64,000 nt of DNA from Longimicrobiales bacterium. Its GTDB lineage: Bacteria; Gemmatimonadota; Gemmatimonadetes; Longimicrobiales; Gaopeijiaceae. Positions 31,252 through 42,421 of the stretch are shown in pieces (the stretch's first letter is position 1; each line of letters starts with the position of its first letter). The notes beneath the pieces were generated by a model. That model was not told where the DNA came from. It did not search any database and was given only the letters and a program-made list of their open reading frames with translations. Made by a program: the position numbers and the translations under genes. The stretch is taken from assembly GCA_965202805.1 (NCBI GenBank), contig OZ241869.1, positions 3,872,001-3,936,000 of the forward strand. The letters run 5' to 3'.

Positions 31252-32757
31252 ATGAGAAGCATCGCAGTCGTCGGTTCGGTCGTGTTCGTTGCCCTGTCCC
31301 CCCTCTCCTGCGCCGACGCCGACGCCGGCTCCTCCGCCGGTGCCGCCGCCACGGCGGAAGCCCCGGACGGCCCGCCCCTCTACTACCTCCTCAGCGGCCC
31401 CGCCAAGCGCTACTGCTCCGGCATCTGGGTCTCGGAGCGCGATCGCACCGAAGCGCTCTACGGCAGCGTGCTCCACACCGAGGAGCAGGTACACGACTAC
31501 GAAAGCGGCAGCCTCGCCATCGACATCGACGAAGACCGGCGCATCGTCACCGTGTCGCAGGACGGGGTGTCGGCCCGCGCCCGGCACTTCGGCGACCAGG
31601 GCTGCGTGATCCTCCCACCCGACACCGACGGTGTCTTCTTCACGCCCCGCGAAGTCGTGAGCGCGCTGCCGGACGCCGAGAGCACCCCCTGGCCCATGGG
31701 CGACATGCTCCCGGACGAGCCTCTGCCGGAGGGCATCGACGCGGAGTTGCTCGACCAGGCCGCCCGGACCTTCTTCACCGAGGGCGACAACCGCGCCGCC
31801 TTCCTGGTCGTCCACCGCGGCCGCGTCCTGGCCGAGGACTACGGCCCCGGCATCCACAAGGACACGCAGCTCGAGAGCTGGTCGATGGCGAAGAGCATGA
31901 CCGCCACCCTGATCGGCCGCCTCGTCCAGATGGGCCATCTGGAGATCTGGCAGCCCGCCCCCGTGCCCGAGTGGCAGAACTCCCCCGGCGACCCGCGCGC
32001 CGAGATCCGCATCGCCGACCTGCTGCGCATGTCGAGCGGCCTCCGCTTCAGCAACTCGGGCGCCACACCCGAGCAGATGGCGGCGTCCTTCATCCCGGGG
32101 CAGGTAGACCACCGCATGGGCTACGTGGCGCCCATCGACGCCTTCCAGTTCTCCATCAGCCGCGACGCCGAGTTCCCGCCCAACACCGTCGGCCGCTACC
32201 GCAACTCCGACCCGTGGACGCTGGGCTACATCGTACAGCGCACGGTCGAAAACGAGTTGGGCGAGGAATATCTGAGCTGGCCGCAACGGGCCCTCTTCGA
32301 CAAGATCGGCATCCGCCGCTTCATCATGGAGACCGATCCCTACGGCAACTTCCTGCTCACGGGCTACAACTACGGCACCGCCCGCAACTGGGCGCGGTTC
32401 GGGATGCTCTACCTGAATCGGGGAATGTGGAACGGCGAACGGCTGCTCACCGAGGAGTTCGTGGACTTCGTGAGCTCCCCCGCGCCGGCCTGGCCCGAGC
32501 CCTATTACGGCGGCCTCTTCTGGCTCAACACCGCGGACGAGGAGGGCAGGGGAGGGCGCATCCCGCAGCTTCCGCCGGATGCCTACAACCCGTCCGGAGC
32601 CGGTCACCAGCGGACCTACATCGTCCCGTCGCGCGACCTCGTGATCGTCGTCCAGAGCCACCGCGCCGCGGCCGCCCACGCCCCCGACCGCACCGACCGC
32701 GAGTACGAGGCGCTCGGAATGGTGGTGAAGGCCGTGGATCCGGAGTGGAGCTGGTAG
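31252..32757 (+). CDS. Serine hydrolase (beta-lactamase/class C-like) lipoprotein
   Basis: SWSMAKS (SxxK), YRN (YxN), LLRMSSGL, ARFGMLYL..G.W.GERL. Confidence 0.9.
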   Translation: MRSIAVVGSVVFVALSPLSCADADAGSSAGAAATAEAPDGPPLYYLLSGPAKRYCSGIWVSERDRTEALYGSVLHTEEQVHDYESGSLAIDIDEDRRIVTVSQDGVSARARHFGDQGCVILPPDTDGVFFTPREVVSALPDAESTPWPMGDMLPDEPLPEGIDAELLDQAARTFFTEGDNRAAFLVVHRGRVLAEDYGPGIHKDTQLESWSMAKSMTATLIGRLVQMGHLEIWQPAPVPEWQNSPGDPRAEIRIADLLRMSSGLRFSNSGATPEQMAASFIPGQVDHRMGYVAPIDAFQFSISRDAEFPPNTVGRYRNSDPWTLGYIVQRTVENELGEEYLSWPQRALFDKIGIRRFIMETDPYGNFLLTGYNYGTARNWARFGMLYLNRGMWNGERLLTEEFVDFVSSPAPAWPEPYYGGLFWLNTADEEGRGGRIPQLPPDAYNPSGAGHQRTYIVPSRDLVIVVQSHRAAAAHAPDRTDREYEALGMVVKAVDPEWSW

Positions 32758-32822
32758 AGGCGGGGGGTCCGGGTGCCTGACCTCTGACTGAGACGCCCGA
32801 GATCCATGGGCGGGGAATGACA

Positions 32823-34028
32823 ATGTCCTCACACTTCACAGCCCATCTCCGGGGTGCCGCCGTTCTCCTGCTGTGCGGCATCGTCGCATGCAGCCATGGC
32901 GATTCGGGCACCCCCCTCGTCGTCCAGCGCGACAGCGCGGGCATCCAGATCGTCGAGGCGATGCGACCGCTCTGGGGCGATTCCAGCCTCTGGCACATCG
33001 ACGCGGAACCGCTTGTCGACGTCACGCTTACCGGCAGCGGCCCGGACCACGAGTTCTATCGAGTCCGCGGCATGAGGCAACGTCCGGACGGTTCTCTCAT
33101 GGTTGCCGATGGGAACTCGTTGGAAGTACGGCTGTTCTCCGAGACCGGCGAATTCCAGGGGTCCCTCGGTGGAAGCGGAGGCGGTCCCGGCGAATTCAGC
33201 GATCTGGACCGCATCGAGATGGCCGGCGACACCCTGTTGGCCCTTGGCGACGGACGCATCGCCGTATTTGCTCCCGACCTGACGGTGGTCCGGACCTTCA
33301 GCGTCGACCGCTTCATCCCCGGCCTGCTCTTCCCCACCGACCTGCATTACCTGGACGAGGGAGCGATCCTGCCGGAGTTATTTTCGCCGGTGTTGCCGGG
33401 AGATGGCTCCAGTGGGCTATTCTGGCGCCCGGTGCCTCTCCTGCTCTTCGATATGGAGGGGGAGCAGATCGACAGCATTGGCGAGACGCGGGGACACGAA
33501 CAATATGTGTCGGGCGAAGGCAGTTCCCGGACCGGCGGGCCGCTCTTCGCCAGGACATCTCATGTCGCGGCTCACGGACAACGCATCCTTCGAGGTTCAT
33601 CCGAGATGATGCAGGTGGAGGAATTGGACACGTCGGGGAATCTCGTGCGCATCCTGCGCATTCCCGACTATCCACTGGACCTCAGCGAAGCCCGGATCGC
33701 CGCAGAGCGGGATGCCGTGATCGAAGGGTTCGCGCCCATCGGCCAGCAACTTTTCGGGAACGCTCCCGCCTCCGACACCCGACCCGCCTACGCCGACATC
33801 CTCGTCGATCCTTCCGGGGCGATCTGGCTGGAACTTCACCGGGGAGAAAGCGAGCAGGACCAGCCGGAGGAATGGCTTGTGTTGGATGCCGATGGCATCT
33901 GGCTTGGGACAGTAGGGATCCCGGACCGCTTCAACGTGTCGGACATCACCATGAACACCGTGCTCGGCGTCTGGGAGGACGAACTGGATGTCGAGCATCC
34001 CCAGGTGCTGCGGCTGACGCGGAACTGA
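32823..34028 (+). CDS. 6-bladed beta-propeller lipoprotein, tandem copy 1
   Basis: IVAC lipobox, [40 protein letters not shown]. Confidence 0.88.
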   Translation: MSSHFTAHLRGAAVLLLCGIVACSHGDSGTPLVVQRDSAGIQIVEAMRPLWGDSSLWHIDAEPLVDVTLTGSGPDHEFYRVRGMRQRPDGSLMVADGNSLEVRLFSETGEFQGSLGGSGGGPGEFSDLDRIEMAGDTLLALGDGRIAVFAPDLTVVRTFSVDRFIPGLLFPTDLHYLDEGAILPELFSPVLPGDGSSGLFWRPVPLLLFDMEGEQIDSIGETRGHEQYVSGEGSSRTGGPLFARTSHVAAHGQRILRGSSEMMQVEELDTSGNLVRILRIPDYPLDLSEARIAAERDAVIEGFAPIGQQLFGNAPASDTRPAYADILVDPSGAIWLELHRGESEQDQPEEWLVLDADGIWLGTVGIPDRFNVSDITMNTVLGVWEDELDVEHPQVLRLTRN

Positions 34029-34056
34029 GATGCCCGCATATCCTTGGAAGGGAACA

Positions 34057-35262
34057 ATGCCGACACATTTCACTGCTGATCCCCGCCGTGTCATCCTGCT
34101 CCTTCTGTGCGGCATCATCGCCTGCAGCGACAGTGATCCCGGCGCCCCCCTCGTCGTCCAGCGCGACAGCGCCGGCATCCAGATCGTCGAAGCCATGCGG
34201 CCGCTCTGGGGCGATTCGAGCCTCTGGAGCATCGATCCGGATCCGCTGGTGGACCTCACGCTCACCGGCAGCGGCCCCGCCCACGAGTTCTTTCGGTCCG
34301 GCAGCATGAAGCAGCGGCCGGACGGCTCCCTCATGATTGCCGACCGGGCCTCGCGGGAGGTGCGCGTGTTCTCCGCGAGCGGCGAGTTCCGTGGGTCCTT
34401 CGGCGGGAGGGGAGACGGGCCCGGGGAATTCACACGCCTGGGACGCCTGGAGAACGCCGGGGACACCCTGCTGGCCCTCGGCGGCGGACGGGTCGCCGTG
34501 GTTGCCTCGGACCTCACAGTGCTCGGGACATTCAACGTCGATCGCTTCACGATCGATCTGCACTATCTGGGTGGTGGCGCGATCCTGCCGGAGTCGAATC
34601 CACCGCCACTGCAGCAGGGGGTGGCCACCAGCGGGCTGACCCGACGTCCGGAACCTCTCCTTCTCTTCGATCTGGAGGGGACGCAGATCGACAGCATAGG
34701 GGAGACGCGCGGGAACGAGAGCTACGTGCACGCGCGCGACGACGAATACGGCGCCGCCGAACCTCTCTTCGGCAAGGAGGCTCATATCGATGTGCTGGGA
34801 GAGCGGCTCTTTCTCGGTTCGTCCGACATGATGCAGGTAGAGGAACTGGACAGGTTCGGGAGCCTCGTGCGCATCCTGCGGATTCCCGGCTATCCGTTGG
34901 AGTTGAGCGATGCCCTTGTCGCGGCCGAGCGGGCAGCCCGTCTCGAAGCAGTGCCGGAAGCCCTGCCCGCGTTCCTCCGGCGGATGGTCGAGGACTTTCC
35001 CACCCCGGCGACCCGACCCGCCTACGACAACATCCTCGTCGATCCTTCCGGAGCGCTCTGGCTCGAGCTCTACCGGGGAAACAGCGAGCAGGACCAGCCG
35101 GAGGAATGGCTGGTGCTGGATGCCGACGGGACCTGGCTCGGGAACGTTGGAATCCCGGACCGCTTTACCGTCACGGACATCACCATGGAGACAGTGCTCG
35201 GCGTCTGGAGGGACGAACTGGACGTAGAGCATCCGCAGGTGCTGCGACTGACTCGCAACTGA
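34057..35262 (+). CDS. 6-bladed beta-propeller lipoprotein, tandem copy 2
   Basis: IIAC lipobox; same blocks as copy 1. Confidence 0.88.
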   Translation: MPTHFTADPRRVILLLLCGIIACSDSDPGAPLVVQRDSAGIQIVEAMRPLWGDSSLWSIDPDPLVDLTLTGSGPAHEFFRSGSMKQRPDGSLMIADRASREVRVFSASGEFRGSFGGRGDGPGEFTRLGRLENAGDTLLALGGGRVAVVASDLTVLGTFNVDRFTIDLHYLGGGAILPESNPPPLQQGVATSGLTRRPEPLLLFDLEGTQIDSIGETRGNESYVHARDDEYGAAEPLFGKEAHIDVLGERLFLGSSDMMQVEELDRFGSLVRILRIPGYPLELSDALVAAERAARLEAVPEALPAFLRRMVEDFPTPATRPAYDNILVDPSGALWLELYRGNSEQDQPEEWLVLDADGTWLGNVGIPDRFTVTDITMETVLGVWRDELDVEHPQVLRLTRN

Positions 35263-35293
35263 GATGCCCCATATCCACGGACGAGGAATGATA

Positions 35294-36493
35294 ATGCCGT
35301 CACATTCGACCGCCGGTCTGCGGGGTGTCACCGTGCTGCTCCTTTGCGGCCTTGCCTCCTGCGTGAGCCAGGAGTCCGGCCCGCCCCTCGTCGTCCAGCG
35401 CGACAGCGCCGGCATCGAGATCATCGAAGCGACGCGGCCCCTCTGGGGCGATTCCAGCCTCTGGCACATCGACCCGGAGCCGCTCCTCGATCTCACTCTG
35501 TCGGGGACCGGCACGAATCACGAGTTCTATCGCGCTCGAAGCGTGAAGCAACGCCCGGATGGCTCTCTCGCGGTTGCCGATCGAGGCTCACAGGAAGTGC
35601 GGGTGTTCTCCGAAACCGGCGAGTTCCGGGGATCCTTCGGCGGTCCAGGAGAGGGCCCCGGCGAATTCGTCAACCTCTGGAGGATCGAGAGCGCCGGGGA
35701 CACCCTGCTGGCCCTCGACCGCAGACGCGTCACCGTAGTCGCCCCCGACCTGGCGCTGGTCCGGACCTTCGACCTCGCGGAAAGGGCGGGGTCCCTGCAC
35801 TACCTGGGAGGTGGCAGGATCCTGACGGTGTCGGCTTCACCCGGTCTGGCGGAGGCTCCCGCCACCGGACTCATTCGATCGGCGGAAATCCTCACGCTCG
35901 CAGACCTCGAGGGCGTGGAGAGCGACGACATCGGGGAAACGCCGGGATCGGAAAGCTACGTATCCGTCGGCGAGAACTACGCGTCCGGCGCGCCTCTCTT
36001 CGGAAAGACGTCTCATGTCGCCGTGCTGGGACAGCGGATCTTCCGAGGCTCGTCCGACGCGATGCAGGTGGAAGAGCTGGACATGACCGGGAGTCCGGTC
36101 CGCATCCTGCGCATTCCCGGCTATCCCCTGGACCTGAGCGATGCCCGGATCGCGGCCGAACGGGAGGCCCGTCTCGAAGAACTTCCTTCCGCCGCGCCCC
36201 CGTTCATCCGGCAGTTGGTCGAAGACTTGCCCGCTCCGGCGACCCGACCCGCATACGCAGACATGCTCGTCGACCCTTCAGGGACAATCTGGCTGGAGCT
36301 GCACAGAGGCGTTAGCGAACGGGACCGCCCGCAGGAATGGCTCATTCTGGATGCAGACGGCACTTGGCTCGGCACCGTCGACGTCCCGGACCGTTTCGTG
36401 GTGATGGAGGTCCGGATGGACATGATGCTCGGCGTGTGGCGCGACGAACTGGATGTCGAGCATCCTCAGGTGCTGCGACTCACGCGCAATTGA
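35294..36493 (+). CDS. 6-bladed beta-propeller lipoprotein, tandem copy 3
   Basis: LASC lipobox; same blocks. Confidence 0.88.
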   Translation: MPSHSTAGLRGVTVLLLCGLASCVSQESGPPLVVQRDSAGIEIIEATRPLWGDSSLWHIDPEPLLDLTLSGTGTNHEFYRARSVKQRPDGSLAVADRGSQEVRVFSETGEFRGSFGGPGEGPGEFVNLWRIESAGDTLLALDRRRVTVVAPDLALVRTFDLAERAGSLHYLGGGRILTVSASPGLAEAPATGLIRSAEILTLADLEGVESDDIGETPGSESYVSVGENYASGAPLFGKTSHVAVLGQRIFRGSSDAMQVEELDMTGSPVRILRIPGYPLDLSDARIAAEREARLEELPSAAPPFIRQLVEDLPAPATRPAYADMLVDPSGTIWLELHRGVSERDRPQEWLILDADGTWLGTVDVPDRFVVMEVRMDMMLGVWRDELDVEHPQVLRLTRN

Positions 36494-36524
36494 AATGCCG
36501 GATATCCACAGACGGGGAACGACA

Positions 36525-37745
36525 ATGGCGACACGCTCGACTGCCGATCCCCGTTGTGTCGTCATTCTCCTCCTGTGCGGCATGGCCGCCTGCAGCGACG
36601 CGGACTCCGGCCCGCCCCTGGTCGTCCAGCGGGATAGCGCCGGCATCCAGATCGTCGAGGCGTTGCGTCCGCTCTGGGGCGACTCCAGCATGTGGGCCAT
36701 CGATCCCGAGCCGCTCCTCGACCTGACAACGTCAGGTGACGCCCCCCAACATGAGTTCTTCCGGGTGCGCGGTGTCCAGCAGCATGCCGATGGCTCGATC
36801 GTGCTCGCCGACCGGCAAGCCCGGGAGATTCGGCGCTACTCGAGCGCGGGTGCGTTTCTGGGCGCTCTCGGCGGGCGCGGGCGGGGTCCGGGAGAGTTCC
36901 GCAACCTCCAGCGGGTGGAGATCGTTGCCGACTCGGCGTTCGCGCTCGACTTCGACGGACGGGTCACCGTAATCGGCCCCGACATGGAGCTGGCGCGGGT
37001 CTTCGATCTGCCTCACCAGGTTTCCGACATCCACTTTCTCGGCGCCGGCACGCTGCTCGCCGAGTCTTTCATGTGGGAAGGACTGGAGGAGGTCGCCAAC
37101 CAGCTGATACGCCCGTCCGTTGCCCTTGTCCTGTTCGATCTGGAGGGCGCCTGGATCGACAGTCTCGGCGTGAAGCCGGGAAGCGAGTCATACTCGTACA
37201 ATCTGGTGGAAGACCAGGGCGACGCACCGGCGCTGTTTCCCAGAGCCGGGCAGGTGAGCACGCTGGGATCACGAATCCTCTACGGGTCATCGGATCTCAT
37301 GCAGGTGGAGGAACTGGACCCCTCCGGGAAAGTTGTGCGCATCATGCGCATCCCCGGCTATCCTCTGGAGCTGACCGACGCACAGGTCGCGGCCGAACGG
37401 AATTCGCGTCTCGACATGGATCTTCCTCCCGGCATGACGCTGCCTCCGTTCATCCGGCGCATCGTCGAGGCGCTGCCGGCCCCGGCGACCCGGCCCGCGT
37501 ACGCGGAAATGCTCGTGGATCCATCGGGAGCGGTCTGGCTGGAGTTGTATCGGGGGGGCAGCGAGCAGGATCGGCCCCAAGAATGGCTGGTCCTGGACGC
37601 GGACGGAACCTGGCTCGGCACCGTTGAGGTCCCGGACGGCTTCCGGGTTACGGACGTGACCATGGAGGCCGTGTTGGGCGTGTGGCGCGACGAGGTGGAT
37701 GTCGAGCATCCCCAGGTGCTGCGGCTGAGGCGGGGCGGGATGTGA
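36525..37745 (+). CDS. 6-bladed beta-propeller lipoprotein, tandem copy 4
   Basis: MAAC lipobox; same blocks. Confidence 0.88.
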   Translation: MATRSTADPRCVVILLLCGMAACSDADSGPPLVVQRDSAGIQIVEALRPLWGDSSMWAIDPEPLLDLTTSGDAPQHEFFRVRGVQQHADGSIVLADRQAREIRRYSSAGAFLGALGGRGRGPGEFRNLQRVEIVADSAFALDFDGRVTVIGPDMELARVFDLPHQVSDIHFLGAGTLLAESFMWEGLEEVANQLIRPSVALVLFDLEGAWIDSLGVKPGSESYSYNLVEDQGDAPALFPRAGQVSTLGSRILYGSSDLMQVEELDPSGKVVRIMRIPGYPLELTDAQVAAERNSRLDMDLPPGMTLPPFIRRIVEALPAPATRPAYAEMLVDPSGAVWLELYRGGSEQDRPQEWLVLDADGTWLGTVEVPDGFRVTDVTMEAVLGVWRDEVDVEHPQVLRLRRGGM

Positions 37746-39028
37746 GCCCCTGCCACGCAGGCTCACACACTGGAGGCCGCGGTAGCAGCCGGCAAGATCG
37801 CAGCCCATTCTTCATCCGCCTGGATTTGGTCTTGCCATGCATGACAGTGCTGCTCCTGTCCAGCATCGCTTCCTGCACCAAACAGGACTCCGGCCCACCC
37901 CCGATCGTCCAGCGGGACAGCGCCGGCATCGAGATCATCGCAGCGACGCGGCCGCTCTGGGGCGATTCCAGCCTTTGGAACATCGACCCGGAGCCACTCG
38001 TCGACCTCACGCTCTCAGGCAGCGGCCCGCCCCACGAGTTCTTCCGCGTCCGCGGCCTGCAGCAGAGGCGGGACGGCTCACTCGTGCTCGCCGACCGGGC
38101 GTCCCGGCAGATTCGCCTTTATTCGCACGAAGGGGAGTTTCTCGGCGCGCTCGGCGGGCCGGGCGGGGGGCCTGGGGAGTTCCGCAGTCTGGAGCGGGTG
38201 GAGACCGTTGCCGACACCGTGTTCGCGCTCGACTCCGACGGCAGGATTACAGTGGTGGGTCCCGATATGGAGCTGATCCGGACGTTCGATCTGCCCTACC
38301 ATATTGGCGACTTCCACTCACTGGGGGACGGTACTTTTCTCGCCGAATACTCCATGGATCCCGGGCCGGTGGAAATCGCGAACCGGATGATTCGTCCGCC
38401 CGTCGCGCTTGTCCGGTTCGACCTGGAGGGAGTGGAGATCGACAGCGTTGCAGAGAGACCGGGACGCGAGTACTACTCCTTCGCCTTTGAGGACTACGCC
38501 GAAAGCGGGCCGCCCCTGTTTGGAAGACGCTGGGGAGTCGCCACGCTCGGGCGACAGGTTTTCTACGGATCTTCGGATCTCGTGGAAGTCGAGGAATTGG
38601 ACCTGGCCGGAAACATCGCTCGCATCCTGCGCGTGCCGGGCTATGGCCTGGGCCTGACCGCCGCGGAGGTCGCTGCGGAACGCCAAGCCTATCTCGACGT
38701 CGACCTTCCTCCCGGCGTGACGCTTCACCCGCTTATCCGGCGGAGGATCGAGGCGCTGCCCACGCCCGCGACCCGACCCGCGTTCGTGCGGATTCGGGTG
38801 GGCCCGACTGGAGCGGTCTGGCTGGAGTTGTACCGCGGCATAAGCGAGATGGACCGCCCGCCGGAGTGGCTGGTGCTTGCGTCCGACGGGACCTGGCTCG
38901 GAACCATCGAGGTGCCGGACCGGTTCAGTGTAACCGACATCACCCTGGACGCCGTCCTCGGCGTCTGGCGCGACGAGTTGGACATCGAGCATCCCCAGGT
39001 GCTGCGGCTCAGGCGGAACGGGGGCTGA
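37742..39028 (+). CDS. 6-bladed beta-propeller lipoprotein, tandem copy 5
   Basis: IASC lipobox; same blocks; start GTG 37742 or ATG 37841. Confidence 0.85.
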   Translation: MSPCHAGSHTGGRGSSRQDRSPFFIRLDLVLPCMTVLLLSSIASCTKQDSGPPPIVQRDSAGIEIIAATRPLWGDSSLWNIDPEPLVDLTLSGSGPPHEFFRVRGLQQRRDGSLVLADRASRQIRLYSHEGEFLGALGGPGGGPGEFRSLERVETVADTVFALDSDGRITVVGPDMELIRTFDLPYHIGDFHSLGDGTFLAEYSMDPGPVEIANRMIRPPVALVRFDLEGVEIDSVAERPGREYYSFAFEDYAESGPPLFGRRWGVATLGRQVFYGSSDLVEVEELDLAGNIARILRVPGYGLGLTAAEVAAERQAYLDVDLPPGVTLHPLIRRRIEALPTPATRPAFVRIRVGPTGAVWLELYRGISEMDRPPEWLVLASDGTWLGTIEVPDRFSVTDITLDAVLGVWRDELDIEHPQVLRLRRNGG

Positions 39029-39089
39029 CGCAGCCGAACCCCGGTCCGCCCGCCTTGCCCGGTCCGTCGAGCAGCGGCATCCTGAGGGT

Positions 39090-41453
39090 GTGAATCCGCC
39101 ATCCCTTTCGCAGGCGAGATGCGTCGTGGCGCCATACCTGAGGCCTCTGCTTCTGGTGCCGGCGGTGGTCGTCACTGCCGCCGCGCGCCCTTGTGCGGCC
39201 GCTGGCCAGCAACCCGAGACAGCCGCAGTGCCGTCGTACACCCACGAGCAGGCGGAACTGGGCGAGGCCGTGTACCGGGACGCCTGCGCCGACTGCCACC
39301 TGGCGAACCTGCGGGGTGACTTCGAGGCCCCGGAACTGGCGGGCCGGAGCTTCCGCAGGGCCTGGGGCGAGGTGCCCATCGGCGAGCTGCTCGAGAACAT
39401 CCGCACCACCATGCCGGAAGAGGCTCCCGAGTCGCTGAGCGATGGGGACTACGCGGCGATCGTCGCCTACATCATCAGAGAGAACGGGGGCGTGCTGGGA
39501 GGGGTTGCCCTGACGGACGCGCCGGCCAGCGTTCCTGTGCCGTCACAGCCAGGGGATGCCTCGTCCGGTGCGGAGGACGCTGCGGAACAGGCTCTCGGCC
39601 AAAGCGCCGACCGCGGGGGGCAGGGCGCCGACCGGGGCGAGGGCGTCGGCCCGGCGGGGCAGTCGCCCATGGATGCGACCGCGTCCCAACAGGACATCTC
39701 CGCGCCCGAAGTCATCCCGCCCGTCCCCGGCCGTCCCGGCACCGGTCACTCGCCGCACGCCCTGACCGGGCCGCCGCCGGGCGGCGTCGGCGACGTCACC
39801 GAAACCCCGACCGGCACCACCCGCACCTGGCGCCCTGCCCGCGCCGCCCCCGCCTCCGACGCCGACCTGGCCGACCCCCCCGCGGCCGACTGGCTGCACT
39901 GGCGCGGCAACCCGGGTTCGTGGGGGTACAGCCCGCTCGACCAGGTCGACGCCTCCAACGTCCACCGCCTGCAGCTCGCCTGGACCTGGGGGATGGAAGA
40001 CGGACGCAGCCAGCAGGCGCCCCTGGTCCGCGACGGGGTTCTCTTCCTCAGCAATCCCGGCAACGTGGTCCAGGCGCTGGACGCGGCCGACGGCACCCCG
40101 CTGTGGGAATACCGCCGCCGCTTCGAGGGCGGCCCGCGCGGCCAGCTGCGCACCCTCGCCATATGGGAGGACATGGTCTTCGTGGCCACCGCCGACGCGC
40201 ACATGGTGGCGCTCGACGCCGCCACCGGGACCGTCCGCTGGGAGACCCGCATCGCCGACCCGGAGAAAGGCTACTCGAACAGCACCGGCCCCATCGTCGC
40301 TGACGGCCGGGTCATCAACGGGATCAACGGCTGCGGCCGCTTCTACGAGGAGAGCTGTTTCATCACCGCCCACGACGCGCGCACCGGCCGCGAACTCTGG
40401 CGCACGCATACGGTGGCCCGTCCCGGCGAGCCCGGGGGCGACACCTGGGGCGACCTGCCGTTCGGGTTGCGCGGCGGGGCCGACGTCTGGATGACCGGCA
40501 GTTGGGATCCGGAGCTCGGGCTGGTCTACTTCGGCACCGCTCAGGCAAAGCCGTGGGTGGCGGCGAGCCGGGGCCTCACCACGGCCGACTCCACCGCCTA
40601 CGCCAATTCCACCCTCGCCCTCCGCGTCGAGGACGGAAGCATCGCCTGGTACTACATCCACGTCCCCGGCGAGTCGCTGGACATGGACGAGGCGCTCGAG
40701 CGCGTGCTGCTGGATGTGAATGGCGAACCCACAGTGATCTCCATCGGCAAGCACGGCATCCTCTGGAAGCTGGACCGGCGCGACGGCGCGTTCCTGGGGC
40801 TTACGGAAACCGTCTATCAGAATATATTGGATGTCGACTATGTGACGGGCGCCGTCGAATATAGAGAGGATATTGCCAACGCCAAAGTCGGCGAGTGGCT
40901 CTCGGTCTGTCCCTCGACCGCCGGCGGCCACAACTGGCCCGCGAGCGGATACCATCCCGAGTCCGGCCTCCTGGTCACGCCGCTGAGCCAGAGCTGCATG
41001 GAGATCGCGGGACGGGAGACGATCCTCGAACCCGGTTCCGGCGGCAACCAGGGCGACCGCGCCTGGATGGAGATGCCCGGCACGGGCGGCAACTTCGGCA
41101 AGCTGGCCGCCTACGACGTGGCCACCCTCGACGAGGTGTGGAGCATTGAACAGCGCTCTCCGTTCCTGACCGCGGCGCTCACCACCGCGGGGGGCCTGGT
41201 CTTCGTCGGCGACTTCGACCGCTGGATCCGCGCCTACGACGTGCGCACCGGCGAGGTGCTATGGCGGAGCCGCCTGGGCACCTCGGTGATGGGATACCCG
41301 ATTTCCTACGAGGTCGACGGCGTGCAGTACGTCGCGGTGGCTACCGCGCGCGGCGGAGGCAGCCCGTGGCGCATCCCCACCTTCCTGACCCCGGAGCTGG
41401 TGAGCCCGGAAGGCCACAACGCCCTCTACGTCTTCAAGCTGAGCGAGCCCTGA
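39090..41453 (+). CDS. PQQ-type dehydrogenase with N-terminal cytochrome c (quinohemoprotein)
   Basis: Signal peptide, CADCH plus TMP, low-complexity linker, DW.HWRG..YSPL.Q, PQQ propeller repeats (ALDA.TG...W), [20 protein letters not shown]. Confidence 0.9.
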   Translation: MNPPSLSQARCVVAPYLRPLLLVPAVVVTAAARPCAAAGQQPETAAVPSYTHEQAELGEAVYRDACADCHLANLRGDFEAPELAGRSFRRAWGEVPIGELLENIRTTMPEEAPESLSDGDYAAIVAYIIRENGGVLGGVALTDAPASVPVPSQPGDASSGAEDAAEQALGQSADRGGQGADRGEGVGPAGQSPMDATASQQDISAPEVIPPVPGRPGTGHSPHALTGPPPGGVGDVTETPTGTTRTWRPARAAPASDADLADPPAADWLHWRGNPGSWGYSPLDQVDASNVHRLQLAWTWGMEDGRSQQAPLVRDGVLFLSNPGNVVQALDAADGTPLWEYRRRFEGGPRGQLRTLAIWEDMVFVATADAHMVALDAATGTVRWETRIADPEKGYSNSTGPIVADGRVINGINGCGRFYEESCFITAHDARTGRELWRTHTVARPGEPGGDTWGDLPFGLRGGADVWMTGSWDPELGLVYFGTAQAKPWVAASRGLTTADSTAYANSTLALRVEDGSIAWYYIHVPGESLDMDEALERVLLDVNGEPTVISIGKHGILWKLDRRDGAFLGLTETVYQNILDVDYVTGAVEYREDIANAKVGEWLSVCPSTAGGHNWPASGYHPESGLLVTPLSQSCMEIAGRETILEPGSGGNQGDRAWMEMPGTGGNFGKLAAYDVATLDEVWSIEQRSPFLTAALTTAGGLVFVGDFDRWIRAYDVRTGEVLWRSRLGTSVMGYPISYEVDGVQYVAVATARGGGSPWRIPTFLTPELVSPEGHNALYVFKLSEP

Positions 41454-41469
41454 GGAGGAGACCCGGCCG

Positions 41470-42363
41470 GTGATCGAACGAATTGCGGGGCTGGCCCTGG
41501 TGCTCACGGTGCCCGTCTGCCTCTCGCCGCCCCTCGAAGCCCAACTTCCGCGCGCTTCCCAGCAGCGCGTCGCGGCCCCGGGCGAGACCCAGTTCAACCT
41601 CGAGTTCCTGCGCCCCTCGGGTGGTCCGGTCATCCCCATCTTCGAGGGCTGGTACCGGATGCCGGACGGCTCCCATGCCCTCTCCTTCGGCTACTTCAAC
41701 GTGAACACCGAGGAGACCCTCGAGATTCCCCCGGGCCCGGACAACTTCATCGAGCCCGCGCTCCACGACGGCGTCCAGCCCACCCACTTTCTCCCGGTAC
41801 CGGAGGGCGACCGCCGCCACTGGGGGGTCTTCACCGTCAGGGTACCGGCCGATTTCGGCGACGGGGAGGTGATCTGGACCCTGCGCCACGACGGGCGCGC
41901 GTATTCGGTTCCGGGACGCATCAGGAGTCCGCACTACCAGATCAACGGCTGGATCTTTCCGGGAAGGGAGAGTTCCTCGCCGGTGCTGCGGCTGGAGAGG
42001 GATGGCCCCGGGGCCCAGGGTCCGGCCGGCATCTCGTCCGGTCCGGTTGGCGCCGCCGCCGGCGAACCCGTGCGCCTGGTGGCGTGGACCCACCGCGACG
42101 GCGCCTTCCCCGACGACGCCCGGCCCATCCTCCTCAAGTGGTTCAAGCACCGCGGCCCCGGCCACGTCACCTTCGGCACGCCGGAGGCCGAAGTCCCCCT
42201 TGAGGCCTGGAACGCCGAGGGGGGCGCGGCGGTGTCGACGGACGCGACCTTCAGCGAGCCGGGCAGCTACGTCGTGCGCGTACTTGCGTACAACCGTATC
42301 CCGGAGTTCGAATTCCAGTGTTGCTGGACCAACGGATATCTGCATGTGGAGGTGGGCCGATGA
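41470..42363 (+). CDS. Secreted hypothetical protein with C-terminal Ig/PKD-like fold and QCCWTN motif
   Basis: Signal peptide, PIFEGWY...SFGYFN.N, F.EPG.YVVRV, EFQCCWTNG; GGAGGAG SD. Confidence 0.8.
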   Translation: MIERIAGLALVLTVPVCLSPPLEAQLPRASQQRVAAPGETQFNLEFLRPSGGPVIPIFEGWYRMPDGSHALSFGYFNVNTEETLEIPPGPDNFIEPALHDGVQPTHFLPVPEGDRRHWGVFTVRVPADFGDGEVIWTLRHDGRAYSVPGRIRSPHYQINGWIFPGRESSSPVLRLERDGPGAQGPAGISSGPVGAAAGEPVRLVAWTHRDGAFPDDARPILLKWFKHRGPGHVTFGTPEAEVPLEAWNAEGGAAVSTDATFSEPGSYVVRVLAYNRIPEFEFQCCWTNGYLHVEVGR

Positions 42364-42421
42364 GCCGTGACCCTCGCAGCGACCCGGCGCCCGGGCAGCC
42401 TCACCAACGGTTGGAGAGAGC

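Noticed and set aside
32823..39028. Diversity-generating retroelement or shufflon acting on the array
   Set aside because: No reverse transcriptase or recombinase in the window; differences are not adenine-specific
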